Of a DNA stretch of 64,000 nucleotides, positions 55,090 to 64,000 are shown one piece after another. The stretch is from Clostridia bacterium. Lineage in GTDB: Bacteria > Bacillota > Clostridia > Christensenellales > Aristaeellaceae. Under the pieces are notes generated by a model, which saw only the letters and a list, made by a program, of their open reading frames with translations, did not search any database and had not been told where the DNA came from. The stretch is taken from assembly GCA_017552535.1 (NCBI GenBank), contig JAFZPV010000059.1, positions 4,629 through 68,628 of the forward strand, read 5' to 3'. A program made the position numbers and the translations under genes. Position 1 is the stretch's first letter; every line of letters starts with the position of its first letter.

Positions 55090-56718
55090 ATGACAAAGTA
55101 TGTTTTCGTCACCGGCGGCGTGGTCTCGGGACTTGGCAAAGGCATAACTGCCGCTTCTCTGGGTCGCCTTTTAAAGCTCAGAGGTCTGAAGGTCGCGGCG
55201 CAAAAGCTCGATCCGTACATCAATGTCGACCCCGGCACCATGAGCCCGTATCAGCACGGCGAGGTCTATGTTACGGAGGACGGCGCAGAGACTGACCTGG
55301 ATCTGGGCCATTACGAGCGCTTCATGGATGAAAACCTGAACAAATTCTCCAACCTCACCACAGGCAAGGTCTACTGGACCGTACTCAATAAGGAACGCCG
55401 CGGCGAATACCTGGGCCACACGGTGCAGGTCATCCCGCACATCACCGACCAGATCAAGGAGTTCATCTACGCCAACGCCTCTCACACCGGCGCGGACGTG
55501 CTCATCACGGAGATCGGCGGCACGATCGGCGATATCGAGTCCCAGCCGTTCATCGAGGCGGTGCGCCAGGTGTCGCTGGAGGTTGGACGGGAGAACAGCC
55601 TGTTCGTTCATGTTACCTTAGTTCCGTACCTGCACGGCTCCGATGAGCATAAATCCAAACCCACGCAGCACTCCGTAAAAGAGTTGCAGGGCATGGGCAT
55701 CAACCCGGACATTATTGTGCTGCGCTGTGACGAACCGCTGGAAGAAGAAATATTCAAAAAGATCTCGCTGTTCTGCAACGTGCCGCTGGACTCGGTCATT
55801 CAAAACATCACGCTGCCCTGCCTGTACGAAGCGCCGCTCATGCTGGAAGACAGTCACCTGTCCGACGTCGTAACGAGGCGGCTGGGCATAGATTGCCCCA
55901 AGCCGGAACTGAGCGGATGGCAGGCGCTGGTCGGGCGGATCTACGCCGCCAAAAAGCATGTGCGGATAGCCCTGGTCGGAAAATATGTGCAGCTGCACGA
56001 CGCCTATCTTTCGGTGGCCGAAGCGCTCAGGCACGCGGGCTACGCGCTTGGCGCCGGGGTGGAGATCGTTTGGATCGATTCCGAAAAGCTGACGGAACAG
56101 AATATCGGCGAAACGTTTCAGGACATCAGCGGCATCATCGTTCCGGGCGGCTTCGGCGGCAGAGGCATCGAAGGCATGATTCTCGCCGCGCAGTACGCCA
56201 GAATGCATAGACTGCCGTACTTCGGCATCTGCCTCGGCATGCAGATCATGGTGATCGAGTTTGCGAGGAATGTCGCAGGAATAAAGGACGCCAATTCGGG
56301 AGAGTTCGACAATGATTGTCTTCACAAGGTGATCGACTTTATGCCCGGGCAGTCGGATTCCATTGACAAAGGCGGTACGCTCCGGCTCGGCGCATATCCT
56401 TGCGTGATCGCGCCGGATACCACGATGGCGCGCTGCTATGCTGCCGACACGATTACCGAGCGCCACCGCCACCGCTATGAGTTCAACAACGACTACCGGA
56501 AGTCGCTTGCGGACGCCGGGCTTACCCTGTCCGGTCTGTCGCCCGACGGCACACTCGTTGAAACTGTGGAACTCACGGACAGGCCTTTTCATGTGGGCGT
56601 GCAGTACCATCCCGAATTCAAATCGCGCCCGGACAAAGCGCATCCGCTGTTTTTGGGGTTCATTAAGGCGGCGTTGGAACATGGAACCGCCAGACAGGAT
56701 ATGATCCCGGACACATGA
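55090..56718 (+). CDS. pyrG: CTP synthase
   Basis: [19 protein letters not shown] and GICLGMQ motifs, with HRHRYEFN near the C-terminus. Confidence 0.95.
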   Translation: MTKYVFVTGGVVSGLGKGITAASLGRLLKLRGLKVAAQKLDPYINVDPGTMSPYQHGEVYVTEDGAETDLDLGHYERFMDENLNKFSNLTTGKVYWTVLNKERRGEYLGHTVQVIPHITDQIKEFIYANASHTGADVLITEIGGTIGDIESQPFIEAVRQVSLEVGRENSLFVHVTLVPYLHGSDEHKSKPTQHSVKELQGMGINPDIIVLRCDEPLEEEIFKKISLFCNVPLDSVIQNITLPCLYEAPLMLEDSHLSDVVTRRLGIDCPKPELSGWQALVGRIYAAKKHVRIALVGKYVQLHDAYLSVAEALRHAGYALGAGVEIVWIDSEKLTEQNIGETFQDISGIIVPGGFGGRGIEGMILAAQYARMHRLPYFGICLGMQIMVIEFARNVAGIKDANSGEFDNDCLHKVIDFMPGQSDSIDKGGTLRLGAYPCVIAPDTTMARCYAADTITERHRHRYEFNNDYRKSLADAGLTLSGLSPDGTLVETVELTDRPFHVGVQYHPEFKSRPDKAHPLFLGFIKAALEHGTARQDMIPDT

Positions 56719-56771
56719 AGGAAACGTGGAATACCTGTCTCCCGACCATTATCCGTATATTCATTGCATAC

Positions 56772-56803
56772 GCAGCTGGCATCCAGCTATGGATGCCAGC
56801 TGC
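56772..56803. repeat. perfect 13-bp inverted repeat (stem-loop) downstream of pyrG
   Basis: GCAGCTGGCATCC-AGCTAT-GGATGCCAGCTGC, with no U-tract on either strand. Confidence 0.5.
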
Positions 56804-57223
56804 ACTACGATGATTCCATCAGAAGGTTTTTTGTATTTGAATGGTACGCGTCGAAAGGTTGCGTTTCCCGCAATGCGGACTGGACGCTCCGCCACTCTGT
56901 TGATGTGTTGTAACCGTCAGGAAGGCTGCCGGATCAGAACAGGAGCCTGCTCTCGGATGGAACGGTCTCCGCTATAGTCCGGCCGTATCTGACGCTTCTG
57001 AGCACTTTCGCGTCGCGGCTGAGCGCATCGTACCAGCGTTCAGCATCTTAAAGCACCGGCAGGATTATGCGAAAAGCGTTTCCCCGTGTCAACTGCAGAT
57101 ATGACATTCAACACTGAATGCAATGCCTGGCACAGCTTAAGAACCGGAATCGTGTAACATAGTGGCTGATGCCGGATCCTGCCGCCCGGGAAAGGCGATT
57201 GTTTCTTCTTTTTATTGTTTGGA

Positions 57224-57252
57224 TTGATGTTGGTGTGTTTTTGATGTATAAT
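57224..57252 (+). promoter_or_regulatory. candidate promoter with an extended -10 element
   Basis: TTGATG (57224-57229), a 17-nt spacer ending in TG, then TATAAT (57247-57252). Confidence 0.45.
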
Positions 57253-57382
57253 TTGATACGGGTATGATTTCGCTTATAGATGTACGCGCTTTCGATCGGA
57301 CTTTCTGGATTTCACCTTTGGACGTAACAACGCTGAAATGCGCCGGGAATCAAAAAGCCGAAACGAATGGAACTGCAGAAAA

Positions 57383-57964
57383 ATGCAAACGATCAGACTG
57401 AAATACGGCAATACAAGCACTTTTTTGGTCCCCTCCCGCGGCGGATATCTGCTTGTGGATACCGATTACGCCGGCATGTTCCCTGCGTTCTGCCGCTGCA
57501 TCAAGCAAAGCGGCATCCGGATTTCAGACATCATCTGTGTGCTTGCAACACACTATCATCCTGATCACATGGGCCTGATACCTGAACTTATGAAACAAGG
57601 CGTAAAACTTCTTCTGGCGGATAAACAAAAGGACTTCGTCCATTTTTCCGATTACATCTTCGCCCGCGACGGACTGCCTTTTGCGCCGATCGACGAAACG
57701 CAGGCGACGGTCATCAGCTGTGAAGAGAGCAGGCGGTTCCTGGCAGGGATCGACATAAGCGGAGAGATCATCCATACGCCCAGCCACAGCCCGGACGGCA
57801 TATCCCTGATCCTGGACAGCGGAGAATGCTTTGTGGGCGACCTTGAACCGTTTGAGTATCTGGACGCGTATGAGAAGAATGACGCCCTGAAGGCAGACTG
57901 GACGAGAATAAGAGGTTTTCGGCCCAAGCAGGTTTTCTACGCTCACGCGGCGCCTGCAGAATGA
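57383..57964 (+). CDS. MBL-fold metallo-hydrolase
   Basis: ATHYHPDHMG (HxHxDH), later HTPSHSPDG and the terminal YAHAAP. The RBS is weak, so the start is uncertain. Confidence 0.75.
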   Translation: MQTIRLKYGNTSTFLVPSRGGYLLVDTDYAGMFPAFCRCIKQSGIRISDIICVLATHYHPDHMGLIPELMKQGVKLLLADKQKDFVHFSDYIFARDGLPFAPIDETQATVISCEESRRFLAGIDISGEIIHTPSHSPDGISLILDSGECFVGDLEPFEYLDAYEKNDALKADWTRIRGFRPKQVFYAHAAPAE

Positions 57965-57998
57965 TAAAGGAACGCACACTGATTCGGAGCTGAAACAT

Positions 57999-59081
57999 AT
58001 GATCTGCAAACAGGATATTGAACGCCTCGAACGCCTGTATGAAGGTTGCAGGGCATACCACGGCGAACTGCACGACCACTCCGACAGCGGCGGCACCAGC
58101 GACGGCAAATGCCCGCTTAGAGAATGGCCTGCAAAGATGCGTGCCCTGCATATGGACTTTGCCGCCATCCTCGACCACAAACAGATCCGGCACATGTACC
58201 AGCCTGTATGGGAGGACGGCCTGTTTATCCCCGGCACCGAACCGGGCACCCACATCACGGACAGCCCCGCTGAAGACAAGGCCATGCACTATAACATTCT
58301 GCTGCCGTGCCGTGACCAGCTGGAAACTCTGCTGAACCGGTTCCCGGAATACCAGTTCAGCGGCGGCACAGAGGGGCATTTCAAATATCCCGATTTCACC
58401 CGCGAGCGTTTCTGCGAGCTGATCGACGCGGTAAGAGCGATGGGCGGTCTCTTCGTCCATCCCCATCCGCGCCAGCTGATGCGCTCGAACGACCCAACAG
58501 ACTACTGGTTCCGGGACGGGACCGGCATCGAAGTCTTCTACATCTCCATGGACAGCGAGGAGACCCGCGCAAACTATGCGCTCTGGCTGGACCTGCTGGC
58601 CGCCGGCAAGCGGGTGTGGGCCTGCGCCGGCTGCGACCTGCACAGCGACCCGCGCGATACCGCGCTCACCACCGTCTACGCTGAATCCCGGTCTGCCCGC
58701 TCATATCTCTCCCACCTCTCTGCGGGCGACTTTACCTGCGGTCCGGTGGGCGTGCGCATGGCTGTCGGCAGCACCCGTACCGGCGGAAGCTGCTCTTTCC
58801 GCGGGCAGAAGCTGACAGTCTGCGTGGGCGACTTTCACGAAAGCGTTTCAAACCCCGCCCACGAATACCGCGCAGACATCCTGAACGAAAACGGCGTCGT
58901 GCTCAGCGGCCCGGTCTCTTCAGGCGAAGACAGCTGGTTTACATTGGAAACCGTCGACTGTGCCTTCTACCGGGCGGAGGTATTTGACGTGACGCGAAAC
59001 CTCCTGATCGCCGTCGGAAACCCGATCTGGAATCTGCCGAACGAACAGGCGGCGTTTTTCAGCACGCTTCCCGATGCATAA
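57999..59081 (+). CDS. PHP-like / CehA-McbA-type metal-dependent hydrolase (tentative)
   Basis: YHGELHDHSDSGG, AILDHKQ, FVHPHP and GCDLHS form His/Asp clusters spaced as in PHP-fold phosphoesterases. Confidence 0.6.
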   Translation: MICKQDIERLERLYEGCRAYHGELHDHSDSGGTSDGKCPLREWPAKMRALHMDFAAILDHKQIRHMYQPVWEDGLFIPGTEPGTHITDSPAEDKAMHYNILLPCRDQLETLLNRFPEYQFSGGTEGHFKYPDFTRERFCELIDAVRAMGGLFVHPHPRQLMRSNDPTDYWFRDGTGIEVFYISMDSEETRANYALWLDLLAAGKRVWACAGCDLHSDPRDTALTTVYAESRSARSYLSHLSAGDFTCGPVGVRMAVGSTRTGGSCSFRGQKLTVCVGDFHESVSNPAHEYRADILNENGVVLSGPVSSGEDSWFTLETVDCAFYRAEVFDVTRNLLIAVGNPIWNLPNEQAAFFSTLPDA

Positions 59082-59191
59082 GACCATGGTGCACCATCGA
59101 AAACAATCGTTCTCTTCCCGGTATCATTCGTCATGTCAATGCTGTCAGCTTCCTTCGTATCTGCTTAGACAAAACCGAAAGAGGTGCCGAA

Positions 59192-60703
59192 ATGAAACAA
59201 TGGATCGCTTTGCTTTTGTGCGCTGTGCTTCTGCCCTTCTGTTCCTTTGAGGAGGTTGACCTGTCACGCGGCGAGAACGGTTTTTCTTCCCCGGAAGATG
59301 CCGTCACCGCCTTTTTGGAAGGACTCAGGGATCAGGATCTAAGCAAGGCCATGAGTGCCTTCCGCACAGAAAGCTTCAGTGCCGGCGGGCGTTTTCGCGA
59401 TATCATCCTGAGCAATTCGTTTTATACACCTGAAAGGTGGCCGGCTCTTCCGGGAAACACACAGCTGGAAGCGGATATCAATACCGCCCAGCTCATGTGC
59501 CAGTATGCGGACGACCTCTGCCTTTTCTTCGCGGCCCTGACATATCCGGACAGCAGTTCCTGGAGAACGAATAGCATGCGCTCTTCCACACTGCGTACCG
59601 GGACCGTACGAACGGATGATGAAGCAGCTGCCCTGCTTGCCTCATTCGACCTCTCCGCTTTGGACGCCCTGGCCGGACTTGACCATATCCGCGTACTCAA
59701 GCCGGACGAAGCGACAAACGGCACATACAGCACGTACAAGCGCCTTCAGACGGTGCTCGAACGGCTGCGCGTCCGTTTCGGAGCGAATAAAATCTGCGAG
59801 CGGGCCGCTTACTTTACCATCGACACGGAAGAATATGTATTTGCCCCTGTACTCGGCCGCTACGGCAGATCCTGGTACATCGTAAGCTTTTACGGGTATC
59901 TCGCCGGCAAGCTGGATATCAGCGGCGCCACCGGCCCTATCCGCCTGTTGGGCAATGCACCCGTTCCGGCTTACGCAGACGGTGTCTACATTCAAAGCGA
60001 CGCGCCGCTTCTGCCCTGGCAGGAAGTGGGAGGCGCAACGCCGGAAGAAGCAGTGAGCCTGTATTTGGAAGGCCTGCGAAACGGCGACCTGGCAGCCGTC
60101 ATGAGCGCATTCGCATGGGATACCATGCGGAAGCATACCACTTTGGCTTCAGCCGCGCAGTTAAACAGCTATTATAGCGGCACTAATGCCTGGCCGGTGT
60201 TCCCCGAAGGCAGCGCGCTTCTTGAACAGCTGGACCTGGCCGAACTGGCGAAACAGCGGCTGAACCGGCTTGCGCTGTCCCTGGCGGATTTCCTTACGGA
60301 CGGCGCCGTCTTTAAAGATCAGCAGTGGGTGATCCAGCGCAAGCTTCCCGTACGCAGCGAAGAAGAAACCGACGCTGTTTATGCATTGTTTGATGAGACC
60401 CGCTTGGAGCAGCTTGGCGAACTTGGCAATATCCGCTTTCTTCCGCCCTCCGATCATGTACCCGGCTTCACCCAGGAAAACGCTCAGAAGGCAGCAGAAA
60501 GATACCGTGTGCTGTACGGAGCGGACGAACTGAGCGATGTGATCGCCGTATTCACCCTCGGCGGCGAAGAATACGTGATCATGCCCCAGCTGCTGCGCTA
60601 CGGCGACAGATGGTATATCAGCAGCATGAACAGCATTTCCGCGATGATCTGCGGCCTGCCGCTGACGAATTGCGCACTGTGCAGGCTGTCCGATGTTCTG
60701 TAA
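59192..60703 (+). CDS. secreted protein or lipoprotein built from two tandem homologous modules of about 240 aa; function unknown
   Basis: Signal peptide MKQWIALLLCAVLLPFC. Module starts are SPEDAVTAFLEGLRDQDLSKAMSAF and TPEEAVSLYLEGLRNGDLAAVMSAF. Module ends are EEYVFAPVLGRYGRSWYIVS and EEYVIMPQLLRYGDRWYISS. Confidence 0.8.
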   Translation: MKQWIALLLCAVLLPFCSFEEVDLSRGENGFSSPEDAVTAFLEGLRDQDLSKAMSAFRTESFSAGGRFRDIILSNSFYTPERWPALPGNTQLEADINTAQLMCQYADDLCLFFAALTYPDSSSWRTNSMRSSTLRTGTVRTDDEAAALLASFDLSALDALAGLDHIRVLKPDEATNGTYSTYKRLQTVLERLRVRFGANKICERAAYFTIDTEEYVFAPVLGRYGRSWYIVSFYGYLAGKLDISGATGPIRLLGNAPVPAYADGVYIQSDAPLLPWQEVGGATPEEAVSLYLEGLRNGDLAAVMSAFAWDTMRKHTTLASAAQLNSYYSGTNAWPVFPEGSALLEQLDLAELAKQRLNRLALSLADFLTDGAVFKDQQWVIQRKLPVRSEEETDAVYALFDETRLEQLGELGNIRFLPPSDHVPGFTQENAQKAAERYRVLYGADELSDVIAVFTLGGEEYVIMPQLLRYGDRWYISSMNSISAMICGLPLTNCALCRLSDVL

Positions 60704-60756
60704 ACAGAACTCGTCCGCTCATCCTTGCAATAACGGAGTCATACACAGGAGGCCAC

Positions 60757-61746
60757 ATGAAACACTACCCTTTCCATCCGCCGGTATACTATTGCCGCAA
60801 GGTCCATATGCCGCTTACCCTCGACGGTCGCCTTGACAAGCCCTTCTGGGCCGATATCCCCTTTACCGAGCCTTTCGTGGACATCGAGGGCCCGGAGAAG
60901 GGAAAGCCGCCGCGCTTTCCCACCCGGGCCAAGGTCGCGTGGGACGACGACGCGCTCTATCTGGCAGCGGAGATCACAGGAAACGAGATATGGGCCCACG
61001 TCGATAAGCGGGACGACGTCATTTTCCGCGACAACGATTTTGAGGTGTTCATCGATCCGGATTCGGACACGCAAAGGTATGTCGAGTTCGAGATGAACGC
61101 GATGAATACCGTATGGGACCTGCTTTTGACCAAGGCGTACCGGGACGGGGGCAAGCCCATCGATTCCTTTGACATCAAGGGCCTTGAGACCGCCGTGTAC
61201 ATAGACGGAAAGCTGAACGATCCGGGCGCGGACAATCGCAAATGGAGCGCGGAGATCAAAATGCCCCTGCGTTCCCTGAAAGAGGCCTCTGACCGTGCTC
61301 CCAGACCCGGGGACTACTGGCGGCTGAATTTTTCAAGGGTGCAGTGGACGACAGAGGTCCAGGACGGGGAGTATAAAAAGGTCCACAGGCCCGACGGCAA
61401 ACCCCTGCCGGAAGACAACTGGGTGTGGGCGCCCACCGGCGTGATCGACATACACCGCCCGCAGTATTGGGGTTTTCTCTTCTTTACCGAAAACGGCGAG
61501 GAATACCCGATCCCGGAGGACGAAAAGCTGCGCTTTGACCTGTACAGGCTGTTTGAGGAGCAGCGCGCATATTGCCGCGAGCACGGGCGCTACTGCACGG
61601 ACGCGGACGTGCTCTGCATTGCCGCCGGGGTCGAAACGCGCCCGGTGATCGAGACCACGGCGCACTTTTTCGAAATGCGCGTAAAGCGGGCGAATGGAAA
61701 CGGCGAGATACGCCTCTTCGCCGACGGAAGAAGCGAAATGACCTGA
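60757..61746 (+). CDS. carbohydrate-binding family 9 (DOMON-like) domain protein
   Basis: The start was moved to MKHYPFHP (AGGAGG RBS). LDGRLDKPFW...AKVAWDDDALYLAAE...NDFEVFIDPD...YVEFEMNAMNTVWD is a CBM9-like pattern. Confidence 0.65.
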   Translation: MKHYPFHPPVYYCRKVHMPLTLDGRLDKPFWADIPFTEPFVDIEGPEKGKPPRFPTRAKVAWDDDALYLAAEITGNEIWAHVDKRDDVIFRDNDFEVFIDPDSDTQRYVEFEMNAMNTVWDLLLTKAYRDGGKPIDSFDIKGLETAVYIDGKLNDPGADNRKWSAEIKMPLRSLKEASDRAPRPGDYWRLNFSRVQWTTEVQDGEYKKVHRPDGKPLPEDNWVWAPTGVIDIHRPQYWGFLFFTENGEEYPIPEDEKLRFDLYRLFEEQRAYCREHGRYCTDADVLCIAAGVETRPVIETTAHFFEMRVKRANGNGEIRLFADGRSEMT

Positions 61747-61955
61747 AGGCGGGTATTGTCATGCAGTATGCTCGATTGCTTTGTATTCTGTTATTGTTCA
61801 AAATGTTATCGTTCAAAGTGAAAAGCGGTAAAGCAGTTTCGTTATATTCAGAAACACTTGCTTGCACTGGGGTTTACAACTTTAGACGTTGCTTGATTGT
61901 GAATAACTTAGCTGCCTGCTATATACCAGGTATTACGCCGTTTGACTACCATAGA

Positions 61956-61982
61956 AGCGCCATAGTGATGGTGCTTTTTTTT
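61956..61982 (+). terminator. strong intrinsic terminator in an intergenic region
   Basis: AGCGCCAT-AGTG-ATGGTGCT followed by a run of eight T, 210 nt after the nearest upstream stop codon. Confidence 0.6.
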
Positions 61983-62146
61983 GCAAGAGGCTACAAAAAT
62001 CAGAGTTCCAGACAAGCCTTTGCCCATCCGCAATTCCCGCTCGCCGCACTCAGTCTTATTGCCGGTTTTACAGATTTTGTCTTGAACAGCCCGGACCGCG
62101 GCCTATATGATACACACAGTGGAAATGTATACGCTGCGGAGGCTTT

Positions 62147-63961
62147 ATGAGCTTTTTTGACATTTTGTCGCTGCTGGGCGGTCTGGCCATGTTCCTGTAC
62201 GGCATGCGCCTGATGGGCGATTCCCTGAAGGAAAATTCTTCGGGAACGCTGAAGAAGGTCATGGAAAAGGTGACCGACAACGCGTTCAAGGCCTTTGGGC
62301 TGGGGATCGCCGTGACGGCCCTGATCCAGTCTTCCACCGCCACCATCGTGATCACCTCCGGTCTGGTGGGCGCGGGCATACTCACCCTGCGCCAGTCGCT
62401 GGGCATCATCATCGGAGCGAACGTAGGCACCACGGTGACCGGCCAGATCATCCGTCTGCTGGATCTGAACGCGGAAGGGGGAACGTCCTTCCTGCGCCTC
62501 TTCCAGCCCTCCACCCTGGCGCCCCTCGCCCTGATCATCGGCATCGTTCTGATCATGACTAAGCTGTTTCGAAATTCCAGGTCCATCGGCAGCATCGCCG
62601 TGGGCTTCGGCATCCTATTTTCGGGCCTTCTGAACATGACCAGCGCGGTGGCCGCGCTGCAGAAGTCCGGTGTGGTGGAACAGCTGTTTTCCAGCCTCGG
62701 CAGCAATCCCTTCCTCGGCTATCTCATCGGCGCGGGCGTGGCCTTCGCGCTGCAGAGCTCTTCGGCGACGATCGGTATCCTGCAGGCGTTTTCCGCCAGC
62801 GGCCTGCTCACCTTCAACGCCATTTATTCGGTGATCGTCGGCATTTATCTTGGAGACTGCGTCACCACGGCCATCGTGTGCTCTATCGGCGCCAACCGGG
62901 AAGCCAAGCGAGTGGGCATCGTGAACATCCTGTTCAACCTGAGCGAAACGGTGCTGGTGCTGGCGGTGATCACGCTCATCCACCGCATCGGGCTGCTGGA
63001 CGGCCTGTGGAACGCCACCGTGAATTCCGGTATGATTGCCAACACCAATACCATCTTCAACCTGGCCTGCGCCGTATGCCTTTTCCCCATGCTGCGGGTA
63101 TATGAAAAACTGAGCGACCGGATCGTCCGAAAGGAAAAGGAAGCTACGGACCCCCACAGCGAGCTCATCAAGGCGCTGAATCCCGTGTTCTACACCACGC
63201 CCGCCCTGGCGCTGAAGAGCTGCTACGATGTGCTGCTCACCATGTTCACCATCGCGCGGGAAAACCTTGAAAGGGCCCAGGGGCAGATATCCGAGTTCAG
63301 CGAACCTGCCCGCGACCGGATCACTGCCGTGGAAAGGCAGGTGGACCGGCTCACCGACAACCTGAGTCGCTATCTGGTGGAGATGCTGCCGCACCTCAAG
63401 AGCGAGGCCCACATCGCGATCCTGAACCAGTATTACAAAGTATCCACGGAGTTTGAAAACCTGGGAGACCGGGCAGTCAACATCAGCGACATCGCCACGA
63501 AGCTGAGCGATAACCATACCGGGTTTTCGGAGACCTTCAAAAAGGAGCTGGCGGTGCTGCAGGGCCTGATCCAGGACGTGCTGGACGACGCCGAAAAGGC
63601 TTTTGAAGAACGCAGCGAACCGGCAGCCGCAGCCATCGAGCCCAAGGTCCACGTGGTGAACGACCTCATCAACCGGATGACGCAGAACCACTTCACCCGC
63701 ATGAGCGCCGGCGAATGCTCTTACCTGGCGGACGCGGTCTTCTCCAACCTCATGGCGGAATACAAGCGCATCGCGGGCATCTGCTCCAATACGGGCATGG
63801 CTACGCTGGTGCGCATCCATCCGGAGCTGGCGTCGAAGGAGCACATGTTCCTGGAAACGCTGGACAAAAACGGCGACGCCCGCTACAGGAACATTCTGGA
63901 GCAGACGCACACCCGCTACTTCTCCCTTCTCGATCAGGTGGAAACCGGTCAGGAAGGCTGA
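62147..63961 (+). CDS. Na/Pi cotransporter family protein with C-terminal PhoU-like repeats
   Basis: The N-terminus LLGGLAMFLYGMRLMGDSLK is a duplicated NptA-type membrane domain. The C-terminal 230 aa are helical and PhoU-like. GGAGG RBS. Confidence 0.85.
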   Translation: MSFFDILSLLGGLAMFLYGMRLMGDSLKENSSGTLKKVMEKVTDNAFKAFGLGIAVTALIQSSTATIVITSGLVGAGILTLRQSLGIIIGANVGTTVTGQIIRLLDLNAEGGTSFLRLFQPSTLAPLALIIGIVLIMTKLFRNSRSIGSIAVGFGILFSGLLNMTSAVAALQKSGVVEQLFSSLGSNPFLGYLIGAGVAFALQSSSATIGILQAFSASGLLTFNAIYSVIVGIYLGDCVTTAIVCSIGANREAKRVGIVNILFNLSETVLVLAVITLIHRIGLLDGLWNATVNSGMIANTNTIFNLACAVCLFPMLRVYEKLSDRIVRKEKEATDPHSELIKALNPVFYTTPALALKSCYDVLLTMFTIARENLERAQGQISEFSEPARDRITAVERQVDRLTDNLSRYLVEMLPHLKSEAHIAILNQYYKVSTEFENLGDRAVNISDIATKLSDNHTGFSETFKKELAVLQGLIQDVLDDAEKAFEERSEPAAAAIEPKVHVVNDLINRMTQNHFTRMSAGECSYLADAVFSNLMAEYKRIAGICSNTGMATLVRIHPELASKEHMFLETLDKNGDARYRNILEQTHTRYFSLLDQVETGQEG

Positions 63962-64000
63962 CCAGACCCTCCCTTTTCGCATACAGGATTAAGCCGGAAT

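Noticed and set aside
56726-56977. 83-aa ORF after pyrG.
   Set aside because: It has no RBS, a Cys/Arg/Thr-rich sequence and a GTG start inside the pyrG terminator region. It contains the 13-bp palindrome.
61762-62150. 129-codon ORF ending in an ATGA overlap with the Na/Pi transporter start, suggesting translational coupling.
   Set aside because: It runs through a strong intrinsic terminator with an eight-T run, has no RBS and has odd Leu/Phe/Cys-rich composition in AT-rich DNA.
1-64000. CRISPR arrays, IS elements, integrases, prophage or defence-system genes.
   Set aside because: No spaced direct-repeat array and no transposase, integrase, recombinase, nuclease or helicase signatures were seen in any frame. 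The mobile-DNA evidence is limited to scars: the repeats, the tRNA fragments and the pseudogenes.

Overview
This 64-kb window appears to come from a GC-rich Gram-positive anaerobe. That assignment is an inference from Clostridia-like gene order, the anaerobic cbi pathway and lipoprotein signal peptides. Contents from left to right follow. (1) A plus-strand trio encodes an amidohydrolase, an RraA-like protein and a 2-hydroxyacid dehydrogenase. (2) purC is followed by an internally deleted purF pseudogene and a decayed zone with gene fragments and tRNA-like scars. (3) An uninterrupted minus-strand block of about 21 kb (7.5-28.8 kb) begins with a promoter and a cobalamin riboswitch. It runs through an unusual extracytoplasmic uptake module into 17 anaerobic cobalamin biosynthesis and nucleotide-loop genes. 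The module has two binding proteins, a FecCD permease, an ATPase, a signal-peptide-bearing CbiK-type chelatase and a lipoprotein with a repeated beta-domain. (4) An accessory island (29-38.9 kb) holds a GNAT-NlpC/P60 fusion, GH5 and GH27 enzymes, an unknown 716-aa protein, an ABC-2 exporter, a flavin reductase and a cupin, plus several pseudogenes. (5) A nitrogen supercluster has glnA-ANTAR-gltB-gltD transcribed divergently from asnB, an amt::P-II fusion, purA, purB, guaA and pyrG. The two divergent units carry mirrored promoter and leader-terminator modules. (6) The right end encodes MBL and PHP-like hydrolases, a lipoprotein with a duplicated module, a CBM9-like protein and a Na/Pi-PhoU transporter. 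I saw no CRISPR array, rRNA, intact tRNA, transposase or integrase. Many long ORFs in the track are antisense shadows of real genes. Several starts were moved to internal ATG/GTG codons that have a Shine-Dalgarno sequence. The best candidates for something new are the riboswitch-gated surface capture module and the mirrored glnA/asnB leader terminators next to an ANTAR protein. All function calls rest on motifs read by eye, and no database search was run.
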